Source: Octopus vulgaris
Lineage: Eukaryota
DNA: 64,000 nucleotides
NCBI GenBank assembly: GCA_951406725.2
Contig: OX597823.1
Coordinates: 84,754,001 to 84,818,000 of the forward strand
Direction of reading: 5' to 3'
Under the pieces are notes generated by a model. That model did not search any database. It was not told the DNA's origin and saw only the letters and a list, made by a program, of their open reading frames with translations. Position 1 is the stretch's first letter, and the number at the start of each line of letters is the position of its first letter. This document shows, in pieces, positions 1 through 15,467 of this stretch. A program made the position numbers and the translations under genes.

Positions 1-590
1 GAATGACTTTATAGCTACAAACATTAGATCTTGTAATACACAAGCTCTTCTAGGATTATTTGCGGATGGAGGGGAATGAATATATCGAACATAGAATGGA
101 GATAAATCAGCGTGGAAACTTTGTCTAACACAACTTCCTAGAAATCGTGAATTGGGTGAAGAATTCATGGAATAAAATTACCGTCAGTTGCGTTGCCAAT
201 GCACTACGAGCAGGTTATTTGGGCAAAAAGCGTTCTTTTAAGGAGTTTTACATTGCCAAACATAAGAGATTGGGGTCCATGATTCTATAGGAAATGGATT
301 TGCAAGAAATTCTGTCTGAAATTCGGGGTTTGATGATTTATGACGATGTTCCAGAGGAGGACGAAATATTTGTACTTGACTAAAAACAATAAGCAAATAA
401 ATAAACATTCGATAACTAAAAACATGGATTTCCCTTTTACAATTTTTCCTTTCACACGAGGTCAAGAGACTATTTTGTCTTTCTTGGATTTTTACCGCAT
501 AAATATAAGACATCCCCGAACATAAGCCCTAGTGCATTTTTTGGATGCAAGATCAATATAAGACCGGGTCTTATTTTCGGGGATACACGG
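1..590 (+). mobile_element. pogo/Tigger-like DNA transposon 3' remnant (decayed DDE_1 transposase C-terminus plus right terminal repeat)
   Basis: Frame from base 3 reads MTL*LQTLDLVIHKLF*DYLRME...EIVNWVKNSWNKIT..CVANALRAGY, resembling the pogo DDE_1 T..LQPLD...K.FK motif, with in-frame stops. It ends in TAAGACCGGGTCTTATTTTCGGGGATACACGG followed by TA (591-592), a pogo-type terminus. Confidence 0.75.
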
Positions 591-872
591 TATGTACTAT
601 GTATAAAGCTCTCGTTGAAGCTTCTCACGCCTACATTCATTTAATACGCATTTAAAAATTATATAACAAAAAAAATACATTCTCAAATACTTTCCCTCAG
701 TTCTGTTTATCATGAATCGTGTTGCCAGTTCTCTATTATCTTCTACGTGCTTGTTCGAATTTTTAGAATTTGTAGCCAAGTTTCTCTGCCATATATTGAA
801 AAGGATTGGATATATAGAACAATACACCTTTAGATATACTCTTAAAGAGATAAGATAGCCATTGCTATCATG

Positions 873-1262
873 GAGGAAAGGAAGCACTCCGTCGGTTACG
901 ACGACGAGGGTTCCGGTTGATCCGAATCAACGGAACAGCCTGCTCGTGAAATTAACGTGTATGTGGCTGAGCACTCCACAGACACGTGTACCCTTAACGT
1001 AGTTCTCGGGGATATTCAGCGTGACACAGAGAGTGACATGGCCGGCCCTTTGAAATACAGGTACAACAGAAACAGGAAGTAAGAGTGAGAGAAAGTTGTG
1101 GTGAAAGAGTACAGCAGGGATCAGCACCATCCCCTGCCGGAGCCTCGTGGAGCTTTAGGTGTTTTCGCTCAATAAACACTCACAACGCCCGGTCTGGGAA
1201 TCGAAACCGCGATCCTATGACCGCGTGTCCGTTGCCCTAAACACTGGGCCATTGCGCCTCCA
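873..1262 (-). mobile_element. Full-length tRNA(Arg)-like SINE, family A, with 12-bp target-site duplication
   Basis: Minus strand begins TGGAGGCGCAATGGCCCAGTGTTTAGGG...GGTTTCGATTCCC (Pol III A and B boxes). It is flanked by the direct repeat ATTGCTATCATG (861-872 and 1263-1274). Homologous copy at 17322-17681. Confidence 0.9.
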
Positions 1263-1289
1263 ATTGCTATCATGATCATCATCATCAAC

Positions 1290-1608
1290 CCATAGACATC
1301 GATGTCTCGAGTCCTAGGATTCATGGGGCCTGTTACCATGAATGAGCGAGATCACAACATTCCGCCTTGATAGGACGCTAGCCCATCGTACGGTTACCAG
1401 GGCATATAAATGAAAGAGATCCCAACAATTCCTACTGAATGGGAAGCCAGTCCGTTACAGGCTTATTCACTTACAACTGAGTGGACTTGAGCAACGTCAG
1501 ATGGAGTGTTTTCCTCAAGAACATAACGCACTGCACAATACGGTAATCGAAACTACATTCTTGCGATCGTGTGAACAGCAGCATACCCGCTTGTCAACGA
1601 GCCTTCAC
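1290..1608 (-). mobile_element. Degenerate tRNA-derived SINE, family D
   Basis: Shares GAGTGGACT.GAGCAAC...GTGTTTT.CTCAAGAACA.AACGC...TCGAAAC.ACA.TCTT.CGATC with the 16758-17020 copy. Confidence 0.55.
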
Positions 1609-1647
1609 TCTATCGATAATATAGTTTTGTATATACTCTTAAGTATA

Positions 1648-2538
1648 CGCGGTTTGATCAATAAGTATCCGGACTGGTGTTATGAAAAACAAAACTACAA
1701 CACGTACCAATTTGGCATTTAATCTCCTTCAAAGAATTCCCCTTCGGAAGTCACACACGTAATTCAGCGCTGTTTCCATTGATGGAAGCATTCTTAGAAC
1801 TCGTTTTCTGGGATAATCAGCAGATGTCTCGTCGCATTCACTTTGAGTTCCTTGACGTCCTGAGATTTTTCCCTTTCAAGAGGGATTTGATTTTTGGAAA
1901 GAGGAAAAAGGGACGAGAAAGAGGAAAAAGGGACGAGAAAGAGGAAAAAGGGACGAGTGATTGTAGGACCTAGGAGATGCTGTGCTTAGCCAAAAACTGC
2001 TGCACAAGCTGCGCTGAATGGGCAGGTGTGCTGTCAGCTGAAAGAAGTTTTGACACAAGCTTGGCGGACACGCGTCTCTTATCTCAATTTTCAGTGATAA
2101 TGGACTGAACTGAACCGTAACTAATCTGCACATCGAATAACTCACGCATGGCGATTCGACGATTTCCCCTCACAGCTGGACGCACATCTGCGATGTTTTC
2201 CTCAGTTCTGTTGGTTGCGGGTCTCCCAGAGCCTTCATCCCTATCGACATTTTTTTCAGCTCAAACAATCCTCTCCATACACTTTCTGCAACTTTGCGTT
2301 GGCAGGAATCGCCAAGCTTTTGGCATAAGTTGACGCAGGTTCAAGTTCAATGTGACGATCACACGCTACACAAGTTCCTTCCAAGCGCTGCTGCAAGCAG
2401 CGGAAGTGAGCTAGAACGTTAAAATTTAGTGCACATGCACAGCAAATATCAAGGTCAATCTGTCCTAAGCGGCTTCAATCGGCGTTCTTTAACTTCGCTA
2501 CTATAGCAACAGTCCGGATACTTATTGATCAGACTACG
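1648..2538 (-). mobile_element. Internally deleted mariner (Tc1/mariner) element with terminal inverted repeats
   Basis: TIRs TGATCAATAAGTATCCGGACTG / CAGTCCGGATACTTATTGATCA, with TA on the left. The minus strand encodes a decayed mariner HTH region (KLQKVYGEDCLS...DEGSGRPATNRTEENIADVR...RRVSAKLVSKLLSAD). A 20-bp GAGGAAAAAGGGACGAGAAA unit is repeated about 3 times internally (1901-1957). Confidence 0.85.
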
Positions 2539-3404
2539 TTGCCATTTTACTTGTACTTTCGGCGGCATTCACCTGGGATGGGCAGAGTCGACTCTGACCA
2601 ATGCGTTCACTATGTCCCTCATAAATTCTGATGAACTGCTAATAGAAGAAACGTTAATTAAGCGGAGGTCTATACGACCAGGTTTAATTTGTGGCTGCAC
2701 AACATAAACAGCGCAAAACCAATTCACAGCAAAGTAATGTGGGACAGAAAAGATTTTAAAACAAATTACATAGGTCCCGAACATAGAGACTTACTGTAAA
2801 CTGCGAGCGCAAATCGATAGGGTGTTACAAACCATCGACCTTTGGACTCATTGATTGATTGATTGGTAATCAACCACACACACACGATCGATTTCTCCGT
2901 CTCCTCTCTCTCTCCCCATCATCTATTTCCCTCCTTTATATTTTGTTCTTTATGCGTCCGATATGTTGAAGAAAATATACATTAGAAAGAAAATAAAAAT
3001 AACAAAATAAACTAGATTTGAACTTAAAAACGAAAGAGGGCAACAACAACAACAACAACAACAACCATAGCAACAACAACAACAACAACCACAGCAACAA
3101 CAACAAAACAATAACAAGAATCATATCAAGAACAAGGAAAAAAAAGAAATCGAAGACATTTTCGTTTGTATGAAAATCTAAAAATAAATTAATGAAAATG
3201 TCTGAATAACAAATAAGAGGAATTTCGTTTTTAGATTATATTGAGCATTTATTGTCTTTCTAGTTGTGTTGTTAACGTTCCGGTAATTAAGTTTTCCATT
3301 CAGTTTCTTTGTGATTTGTAATAAATCCTATTTTCTTCCTCTTTCTCTATTTAGATTTCAATTTCTTTCCACCATTTTTCACCGCCTCATCCTCTTTTCC
3401 GCTC

Positions 3405-3561
3405 GTTTTCTCTCTCTCTCTCTCTTTCTCTCTCTCTCACCCTCTCTTTATCTATCTATCTAGCTATCTATCTTCGTCATCATCATCATCATCTTCATTC
3501 TCCGTCATCATCATCATAATCATCATCATCATCATCATTCTCCATCTCTCTCATTTCTCCC

Positions 3562-3592
<31 letters not shown>

Positions 3593-3859
3593 TTTTATCT
3601 ATCTATCTAGCTATCTATCTTCGTCATCATCATCATCTTCATTCTCCGTCATCATCATCATAATCATCATAATCATCATCATCATCATCGTCATTCTCCA
3701 TCTCTCTCATTTCTCTCTCTCACTCTCTCTCTATCTCTATCTCCGTCAACACCATCATCCTCATCCTCCTCCTCCTCATCATCATCATCATTCTCCATCT
3801 CTCTCATTTCTCTCTCTCACTCTCTCTATCTCTATCTCCGTCAACATCACCATCCTCAT

Positions 3860-3891
<32 letters not shown>

Positions 3892-4001
3892 TTCTTCATC
3901 TCTCTCATTTCTCTCTCTCTCTCTCACTCTCTCACTCTCTATCTCCGTCATCCTCCTCCTCCTCCTCCTCCTCATCATCATCATCATTCTCCATCTTCAT
4001 T

Positions 4002-4036
<35 letters not shown>

Positions 4037-4079
4037 ATATCCATCATCATCAACATCATCATCATCATTCTCCATCTCA

Positions 4080-4080
<1 letters not shown>
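3405..4080. repeat. Higher-order compound microsatellite: repeated (CT)n-(CTAT)-(CAT)n-TTCTCCATC modules
   Basis: The same module order recurs roughly 6 times with variable tract lengths. Confidence 0.7.
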
Positions 4081-5920
<1,840 letters not shown>

Positions 5921-6079
5921 GTGCATGTTCAGTACATGAAGGGTGAAAGTGGGAGGTGATCGATACTTATTCAGAAATGTTGCATTAAAATGCATGAATG
6001 AAAACCAATTACTCATAATATGAAAAAGAGAAATATATATACACACACACAAATACATACGCTCACTTCATGTATGCAT

Positions 6080-6183
6080 GTACCTGATGTGACCCAGACT
6101 GCACTGATCAATGCAAGACAATTGGATGCACAACATCGTACCCATGAGAACAGTCGCAGGTGGGGTCGAAACGATCGTAGTAC
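6080..6183 (+). ncRNA. Hammerhead-ribozyme-like motif (type I, long helix II, A9U core variant)
   Basis: GUAC-CUGAUGU-GACCC...GGGUC-GAAA-CGAUCG-UA-GUAC. Helix I is GUAC/GUAC, helix II is closed by GACCC/GGGUC, helix III is palindromic, and the cleavage triplet is GUA. Confidence 0.55.
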
Positions 6184-6239
6184 TGTATAAAGACTAATGC
6201 CAAATCCATCTTCCGTTTCAATCATTCATTATTATTTTT

Positions 6240-6747
<508 letters not shown>

Positions 6748-6748
6748 C

Positions 6749-6962
6749 TTTTCTACTCTAGGCACAAGGCCGGAAATTTTGATGGAGAGGTCCAGTCGAT
6801 TAGATCGACCGCAGTACGCAACTTGTACTTAATTTATATCGACCCCGAAAGGATGAAAGGCAAAGTCGACCTCGGCAGAATTTGAACTCAAAACGCAAAG
6901 ACAGACGACATACTGCTAAGCATTTCGCCCGGCGTGCTAACGTTTCAGCCAGATCACCGCCT
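6749..6962 (-). mobile_element. SINE family C monomer
   Basis: Same head and GCCTTTCATCCTTTCGGGGTCGAT core, with tail GGCCTTGTGCCTAGAGTAGAAAAGA. Confidence 0.85.
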
Positions 6963-7133
6963 TTCATTTATCAATATTATTATCTCAACTAACATAGTGG
7001 TATTCCTGAAGTAGATCCGGCGGAAATATACTCCAACTGCGGATGACACCTGCTAGCCCAAACTGAGAAGGTGCTTTACCCAACATACTAAGTGAAATAT
7101 ATCCATCGGATCTCCAAAATTATATACATACAC

Positions 7134-7164
<31 letters not shown>

Positions 7165-8111
7165 TGTATGTATGTATGTATACACAATTGTCTACCGCAC
7201 AATTTCCGTGAAAGAAACTCACTCACAAAGCATTGGTCGGCTCGAATTTATTCTGGAACTAGAAGCAGACACCAGAAGGTGCCTTGTAATGGGATTGAAC
7301 TGCGAATAATTTGGTTTCGGACCGAACTACATAGCAACACATCCACGTCTACTCACGTATATTTCAACATTGGATCGAGATCACTTTAACCTCACCGTTA
7401 TATTCCCACTTGCTGAAGCAGGCCACATCATGTAGAAATGTCAGAGAAGAATCGTCGTCTTTTATTGCATCGAAGCATGTTGAAACTTAGCAAAATATCC
7501 ATTACTTAAACAGGTTGAAGGCTTCAAATTCGCTGGAGAAGATAATCGGTTTATATAACTAACCACGCACTTAACTCATATTTCATTTCAGTGACACCGG
7601 AATGATTGAAAAAAGAAAAAGAAAAACAAACCAGAAACCGTTGACCTCGGTGATATTTGAACTCGCAACGTAAAGGGTCGCAATTAAATAACGTGCAATA
7701 TTCTGTCCAACCTTCTAACGTGCTTGCAAATCAAAACCACTGCTTTGACCTAAGCAAAACCTTGCAAAAGCAAATATGTCGTCGGTGATATCGTAGGCAG
7801 CTTTTGTCATAAGTGTATGGATGTATATGTGGTAGTGTATATGTGTATGTGTGTGTGTGTGTATATATTAATATATGTGTGTGTGTGTGAGTATGTGTAT
7901 GTGTGTGGATGTCTTTGTCGAGGTCGTCTTATCAAAATACTAATTGACTCTCAAGGGACTGGGTAGGGAAAGCCGTCTTGCGAAGGCATCCCCCAAAGAC
8001 TGCCGCACAAACAAACGTAAACATATCTTCTGTTCCAATCTGAACTTCTTTCGTAGATTACAAAGAAATCTCATATTGTTTCCGTCTTTGTGTGACTGTC
8101 TGTATGTCTGC

Positions 8112-8164
<53 letters not shown>

Positions 8165-8386
8165 GCCTGTCTGTCTAGCTGTCTGTCTGTTTCTTTCTGC
8201 CTGACTGTCTTTTTGTCTGTCTGTGTCTTTCTGTTTGTATGTCTCTCTCTCTCTCTCCTTCACACATACATACCATCTCTCCCTTTCTCTTTCTATCACT
8301 CACTCATTCTCACATTTGCTCTCTTTTTCTATCTATCTATCATTCTATCTATATATCTGTGTGTGTGTGTTTGTGTATATTTACCC

Positions 8387-8459
<73 letters not shown>

Positions 8460-8853
8460 CATTTCTAGTATAGAAAGTAGATCTATATCTTCATATATTG
8501 GTGTACACACACATGTATATATATAAATGTATGTATGCATGTAGGTAGGTAAATGTGGGTTGGTAGGTAAATGTGTGTAGATGGGTTGATGTCTGAGTAT
8601 GGACGTGTGTGCATATGTATGTATGCATACATACTTGAATATATGCCTGTGTGGGTGTTTCTATGTAAGTATATAGGTTTATTTGTGTGTATATAGATGC
8701 TTAAAAGTGTGTCTGTATGAATGGATTTATACGCTTGCGTATATCTATTTATACGTGTTTAGATATTCATAAGATTATACTGTTTCTTTTGAGCATACGT
8801 GGATATATAAACAATGTATAAAATAAAAGTAACACACACGCGCACACACACAT

Positions 8854-8928
<75 letters not shown>

Positions 8929-8992
8929 TATATATATATAGTCACACGCAAATACGCACGGACAACGCGAAATGTGTATGCATATCTATGTA

Positions 8993-9063
<71 letters not shown>

Positions 9064-9664
9064 ATATATATATATATAAACATATATATATATATATATA
9101 TATGGCACGCGTGTGTATGTGTGTGTGTGTGCGTGTGTGTGTGTCTGTCAGTCAGTCTGTCTGTCTGTGCGTATCCAAATATTTGACTAGAAAGTAAAAA
9201 CATGTCTGCAGCCGAAGAAGATTAATTCAGAATCATTAAGCGCAACCTTTTTAATCATTTCTGTTTGTCTAAACGTGGACTTGTGTTCATCAAAATATGA
9301 TAAATCTAATTTCGATTCACAAAGCCTGTTTTATTACGTTGACATTCGAAAACTAACACCAACACACAAAATCAAACTTTGACAACTTTTGCATACGATA
9401 ATACAACAGCTAGATGCAGATTTTTAAAGAAATATGAGAGTGTCCCTTCAGCGAAGGTTAGGCAGGTTTCTTCTCTAGCATTGTTGCTGTTGTTATTGTG
9501 GTCTGTGTTGTTGATTAGTCCCATATTAGCTCGTTTTCAGTAGATCTATAATCAGATGTATTCCAGCAGTATCGTCTGCCGCTTCTGTGTATTTACATTG
9601 ACTAGTTGTTTTCCTCTCTGAATACGTTCTGACTTGAAAAATAGCATGATAAAAGAGGCATATC

Positions 9665-9979
<315 letters not shown>

Positions 9980-9980
9980 G

Positions 9981-10025
<45 letters not shown>

Positions 10026-10537
10026 CTGTGTGTGTGTGTATGTGAGAATACATATACATACATATGTATGTATATACGAGGTGGGGGAGGCTGAAAAGTT
10101 GCTGGCTTTAAAGGTATCGCAACGGCAGTTGTCAGTATTTACAGGCTCAGGTTCTCTCCCACTGACGTGAAGTGATTTCTAGTTCGATCTCAATGCGCAA
10201 CATTTTTGAATGGTAACTCTTATAATACATTTTGAGTAATCTAAGCTCTGTGGTTGATACTGCGTGGCCGGAAATTGTAGCGAGAGTCTCTCAATACATA
10301 TTTTGGTTGGTGGGCTGTAGATGTTACAATGCCTTCATCTGCCCATTCCGTTTTATTAGGAGTTGACCCAAATCTCTTATAAACATTCAAACCAGGTGTC
10401 CGGCCATAATAATCAATTCCCAGTACAGATGTAGAACTTCTCATTACAGCAAAACACAACTTTTTGTTCCTAAACACATTTCTAAATATAATTAAAAAAA
10501 AAAAATTGTTACAATTAAGAGAAATAAATATCTTAAT

Positions 10538-10918
10538 AGTAAAGATTATTTGCCAACATAATGTAGCAATCCCGATCAGGACGAATGCCACTATTATTTA
10601 GCCCCAGGAAACAGCGTCTCCAGCTGGCTATACGACACACTATATGCGTCCTTTTTTCTTTTTTTGAACGAGGGAGTTTAGAGTTCCCACTCAGCACAAA
10701 GCAATATCTGCGTACCGCGATTTCTGTGTTATTTCCTGAAACCGCGGTATGCGGATATTCATTTAGAGATGAGTGGGGACTCTAAAATCCCTCGTTTAAA
10801 AAATATAAGGACACAGATAGTCGTATAACCAGCTGGAGACGATGTTTCCTGTGGCTAAATAATTGTGACATTCGTCCTGGCCGGGACTGACACATTATGT
10901 TGGCAAATAATCTTTACT
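10538..10918. mobile_element. Fold-back (MITE-like) element, imperfect palindrome with ~180-bp arms
   Basis: AGTAAAGATTATTTGCCAACATAATGT...GGAAACAGCGTCTCCAGCTGG is mirrored by CCAGCTGGAGACGATGTTTCC...ACATTATGTTGGCAAATAATCTTTACT, with a short central loop near 10725-10737. Confidence 0.8.
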
Positions 10919-11130
10919 CTAGAGTACTGTTACTGAATGTCTCTCCTTGAGAGATTTATAAATAATTTTTCTTTTTAATATTTTAATATATTGACGAGAA
11001 AGTTCATAAACAAACTCAAGGTGGTTTCGTAGATCCCACAAAATGATCTTGGGAACACCGTTCTACTCTGATCAAGTCTCCTGTTCTACTTCGAAATTTA
11101 ATTTATGCAAATTTACCAAAGGATGTCTTA

Positions 11131-11293
11131 CGCTACATATTTTCTCTCCTTGTTTCTTTCTGTGGAAGAGCGTAGGCTCGAAACGTTAAAACTTTTTCAC
11201 TTCCCGAGCGTTATACTAATACATCTGTTTGTTGTCTGCACCGCCTGACTTCGTTTTTGTTGGTTTTTTTTGGATTTTTTGTGAATTCTCCCT
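11131..11293 (+). repeat. Dispersed ~170-190 bp repeat (GAAGAGCGTAGGCTCGAAAC family), copy 1
   Basis: Homologous to 26490-26682 and 26870-27065. The copies abut TA-rich sequence. Confidence 0.75.
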
Positions 11294-11300
11294 ATATATC

Positions 11301-11342
<42 letters not shown>

Positions 11343-12474
11343 AAAAGGTATTTTTCATATGCTGGCCACTGATAAAATGTTTTAATAACATTTTATCATT
11401 ATATTAGTATATATATATATGTTCATTGACGCCTTCGTTTCCCCACCGTTTATATATATATATATATCTATATTCTTCTTATTTTTGATCTTCAGATTGT
11501 CCACCAGCATAAAAGCAGTAGCAATACCATATTCTGTATGTCTATAAGAGTCAAAAGCGTTCTCTGATATATATATATATATATATATATAGAATTACCT
11601 TCTCATAAAGCATTCTAATTAAATTCCCAATACTTTCTTTGGAACGTACAAATGGCGACAAGGTTGCCAAATACAGTCATTATTCAAGCAAAGAATACCA
11701 CGGTCCTATGACAAGTAGCCAATTATTATAGACATAAGTGAAAGTAGCAGCGTCCGCTTTGATAGCCACGCAAAAGAAAAAGACAAGGCATTCAGCTACA
11801 AACTTTTAACTCAACGCCAAAGACATACGAAATGATCTCTCAAGCATATTGTCATCCTGATATGTGTCTTGCTAAATATATTTTTCTTTCGCTTTCTTTT
11901 CCTTCGTCTTCTTACCGTAATGTTTCCCTTTTTACATTTTGTGCATGACATTTCAACATTTCAATAAAAAAAATCCAAAAACAAAACAAAAAACCCACAA
12001 AAGACAACAAGAGCAACAAAAAAAATCCTCTCACCTCCATATCAAATTAGACATTCATTTGTATGCATCTATCTTCATTGCACACACAATAACCACATTC
12101 CATTCTTTTTCCCGCTTTTCTTCAGTATCTTTCTTTCTCTCCCCTTCTCTGCCCTCTCACTTTCTCGTCACTCTCTCTCTCTCTCTTTCTCCCTCGCTTC
12201 CAAAATTTTTGTCTCCCTTTTTCATGTTCGATGATTCTTTCACGATTATGCTCTTACGTAATCTTCTTCTTCTTTTCTTCTTTTTCTTCTTCTTCTTCTT
12301 TTCCTTCTTCTTCTTCCCCTCCTCTTCCTACTCCTCCTCTTCTTCTTCTTGTTATCCAAATATATCTTTTCGAACTCCTCCTCCTCCCACTTACCCTGTG
12401 TGTGCGTGTGTACACACATATAGACGTACAGACACACATATACTTATAATATACAATGTATACATATGAATATG

Positions 12475-12495
12475 AATATAATAATAATAATAATA

Positions 12496-12567
<72 letters not shown>

Positions 12568-12597
12568 TTGATGATGATGATGATGATGTTGATGACG

Positions 12598-12628
<31 letters not shown>

Positions 12629-12650
12629 CAATAATAATAATAATAATGAT
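12475..12650. repeat. (AAT)n-(GAT)n-(AAT)n microsatellite
   Basis: Directly visible. Source of the poly-D/H/M/S ORFs. Confidence 0.95.
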
Positions 12651-13087
12651 AGTAACTATACATTAAATGTGGCTGCGTTGGATGCGTGCTGAGCCATATA
12701 AGCATTGATGTCGCGTTCAATCCCCAGAGGGTCAGTTCATCTTTTTTCAGTCAATTGTTAAGATTTAGATTTAGTCTCTCTAGTTTGGTGCATGTATTAT
12801 ATATTTTCCGTTCAAGTCAGTGATCGGTTATATATTGTTTAGAGGACACTCATTGATAGATCTAAGGTTAAAAGATACGGAGCTTGTTATTATTCTAATT
12901 TTTGTGTGATTGATCTTTGTATTTATTTGGAAGTCACGCTTACCTAGTCTCACTTCGTGTATTCTCATCCAAAATAGAAACGATTGGCCAACATACTGAA
13001 GTGGATCGCTTGAAGATTGTGTATTTTTCCATATGACACCATCGAATGCCTTTTTAATTCAGAAATAAAATTTAACACCTCCCCGCC

Positions 13088-13137
<50 letters not shown>

Positions 13138-13139
<2 letters not shown>

Positions 13140-13359
13140 CCAGCTTATAAACAAGGGCAAAAGAAATTTATTTCTACGCCAATATGCATATAATTCTGCA
13201 AAAATATACAAAAAAATTCTTTTGGCTAGCTTTCTTCGATTTCAGCGCAACGTACTTCTGTAGCGGGTATAATAATAAGTGGAAATTAACGATTTAAAAG
13301 TCTGTTATCAGCATATTGGCATAGAAATAATTTTCTTTTACCCTTGTTCATAAGTTGTT
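13138..13359. repeat. ~50-bp imperfect inverted repeat next to (TA)n
   Basis: AACCAGCTTATAAACAAGGGCAAAAGAAATTTATTTCTACGCCAATATGC versus GCATATTGGCATAGAAATAATTTTCTTTTACCCTTGTTCATAAGTTGTT. Confidence 0.7.
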
Positions 13360-13446
13360 TATAATTTTAACCTTCAAAGGTATTTCAATATGCTGCCACT
13401 TTTTTGATGAAATTTTTTTTCTGTAAAAAAATTTCATCCTATATTA

Positions 13447-13551
<105 letters not shown>

Positions 13552-13863
13552 CACATAAACACATACACAAACATATACATGCACACACATATTTATGTAT
13601 TTCTTTTAAAAGATTCTTGATGTGAAAACGTGTGTTGAAACGAATATTAAACACACGCACAGTTTAGTTGATCTTCACTTTAGCTTTTATTCTTATTACT
13701 TTCAGATTATACTCTTATCAAAGTTCTTTTATCACATATTATGTGACCTGATCAGTGACTCTCTGTCCTATACGCCTCTTCTTGTCCTGATATGTATGCA
13801 TTTATGTTTGTGTGCAAGTATGTACGTATATAGTCATGTATGTATGTTTGCATTTATGAGTGC

Positions 13864-13907
<44 letters not shown>

Positions 13908-14421
13908 GTTCTATTCCTTCATTTCTTGAGCTTCAATTATATTCATATAATATCCATTTCACTATTTCACAGCCAAGAATGTCAAATTTTATTCTCCTAG
14001 CAACACTACTGAGATTTGAGTTGTTGTTGTGGAACACCCAGATTTTAATAATTGCTTACTCGCAGTACACTTACGAGTAATATCATCCAAAAGAAAAAAA
14101 AAGAAAAGGAAAAGTGATAAAGCGCCGAATGCATCTATAATGCTCTCCTTACGATGCGGTTCACCCATCTTAAAAGGTCGGTAAGGGAGATGGAAATCGC
14201 ATCGTTAGGACTAATGACTTTCAGGTTTGTCATTTGTTGAAGATGTTGAGAGCCTTTCTATATTATACATTATTACTTTAATACTACACTTGAAATTTTT
14301 ACCTCATATAGGAGATGCATGTGTGAGCGTGTGTGTGTGTGTGTGGGGGTGTGTGCGTGTTTTTTGTGAGTGTTTGTGTGTGCTTGTGTGTACATATATG
14401 TACGTATATGTACACACACAC

Positions 14422-14466
<45 letters not shown>

Positions 14467-14848
14467 TATGTATGTATATATTCATATGCGTGTCTGTATG
14501 TACGTATGTATGTATATGTATGTATGTACATGCTGTGTGTATATATACGTATGTATGTATCTATGCATTTGTAAGTATATATATTCATAAATATATATAT
14601 ATACACACATACATACATGCGTACACACACACATATATACAGAGAGAGAGAGAGAGTTCTATGGTTTTATGCACAGGCATAGATTTATATACACACACAT
14701 ACAATCACACACACACACACATGTATACATATATAAAGATGTATTTATAGATTTATCCATTTATTTATGTATCTGTCAATGACTTTATGAATGCATACGT
14801 GTAAGTATGTATCTTTGCTTTGTATATTAATGTCTGCATGTATGTATG

Positions 14849-14882
<34 letters not shown>

Positions 14883-14891
14883 TGTATGTAG

Positions 14892-15165
14892 GTATCTTCT
14901 ATTTTGTAATTATTATAAATCTTCCACTGAGGAGGGGGCCGGTTTCCAACCAAGATACAAGACTCCATCTCTCGGATGTAGTTACCACAGACCAATTCAC
15001 ATTTGGAACTTGAGAAAAGTCTTGCATTATTTTACTGTTCCACTCACAGATTGGACTTGTAATGTAGCAATCAACCAGTCATTTTCTGTTTCTGAAAATC
15101 CAAGTTTATCAAGATTCTCCTTTAAGCATTTACTAACAAAACTTAAAATAGAAATATTAAATTTC
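14892..15165 (-). mobile_element. 3' fragment of an RLE-type (R4/Dong-like) non-LTR retrotransposon, ending at (CATA)n
   Basis: Minus strand encodes FVSKCLKENLDKLGFSETENDWLIATLQVQSVSGTVK*CKTFLKFQM*, homologous to the 24010 fragment. Both share the 3' UTR motif GGAGTCTTG.ATCT.G.TT.GAAACCGG. Confidence 0.7.
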
Positions 15166-15354
15166 TAAATGTCTCAGAAAGATATAAGCAGTGGTGGAAC
15201 GATAGAACTTAAGGTGACGGTCCCATGAAGGAAATCACACCACCACTATTTAGCCCTTGGAAGCATCAATGCTTCCTGTCGGCCTTGACACATTTCCTGT
15301 GTCCTTATGTTTATAAGGGGGAGACAAGCACCCTCATCCAGCTAAGATTATATT

Positions 15355-15392
15355 CAGAGACATGTTTCTGAGTTTTGTTCGTCATCAGTCTG
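15355..15392 (-). ncRNA. Minimal hammerhead ribozyme motif (Penelope-type)
   Basis: Minus strand reads CAGA-CUGAUGA-CGAACAAAACUCA-GAAA-CAUG-UC-UCUG. The core is intact, helix I is CAGA/UCUG, helix III is the palindrome ACAUGU, and the site is GUC. Confidence 0.6.
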
Positions 15393-15467
15393 GAGGAGCA
15401 TGGCTTGCTAGCTGGCTGCAGATACCTGTCTAGACCTTGTAAACATATATAATTTCAGTGAAGTAAC

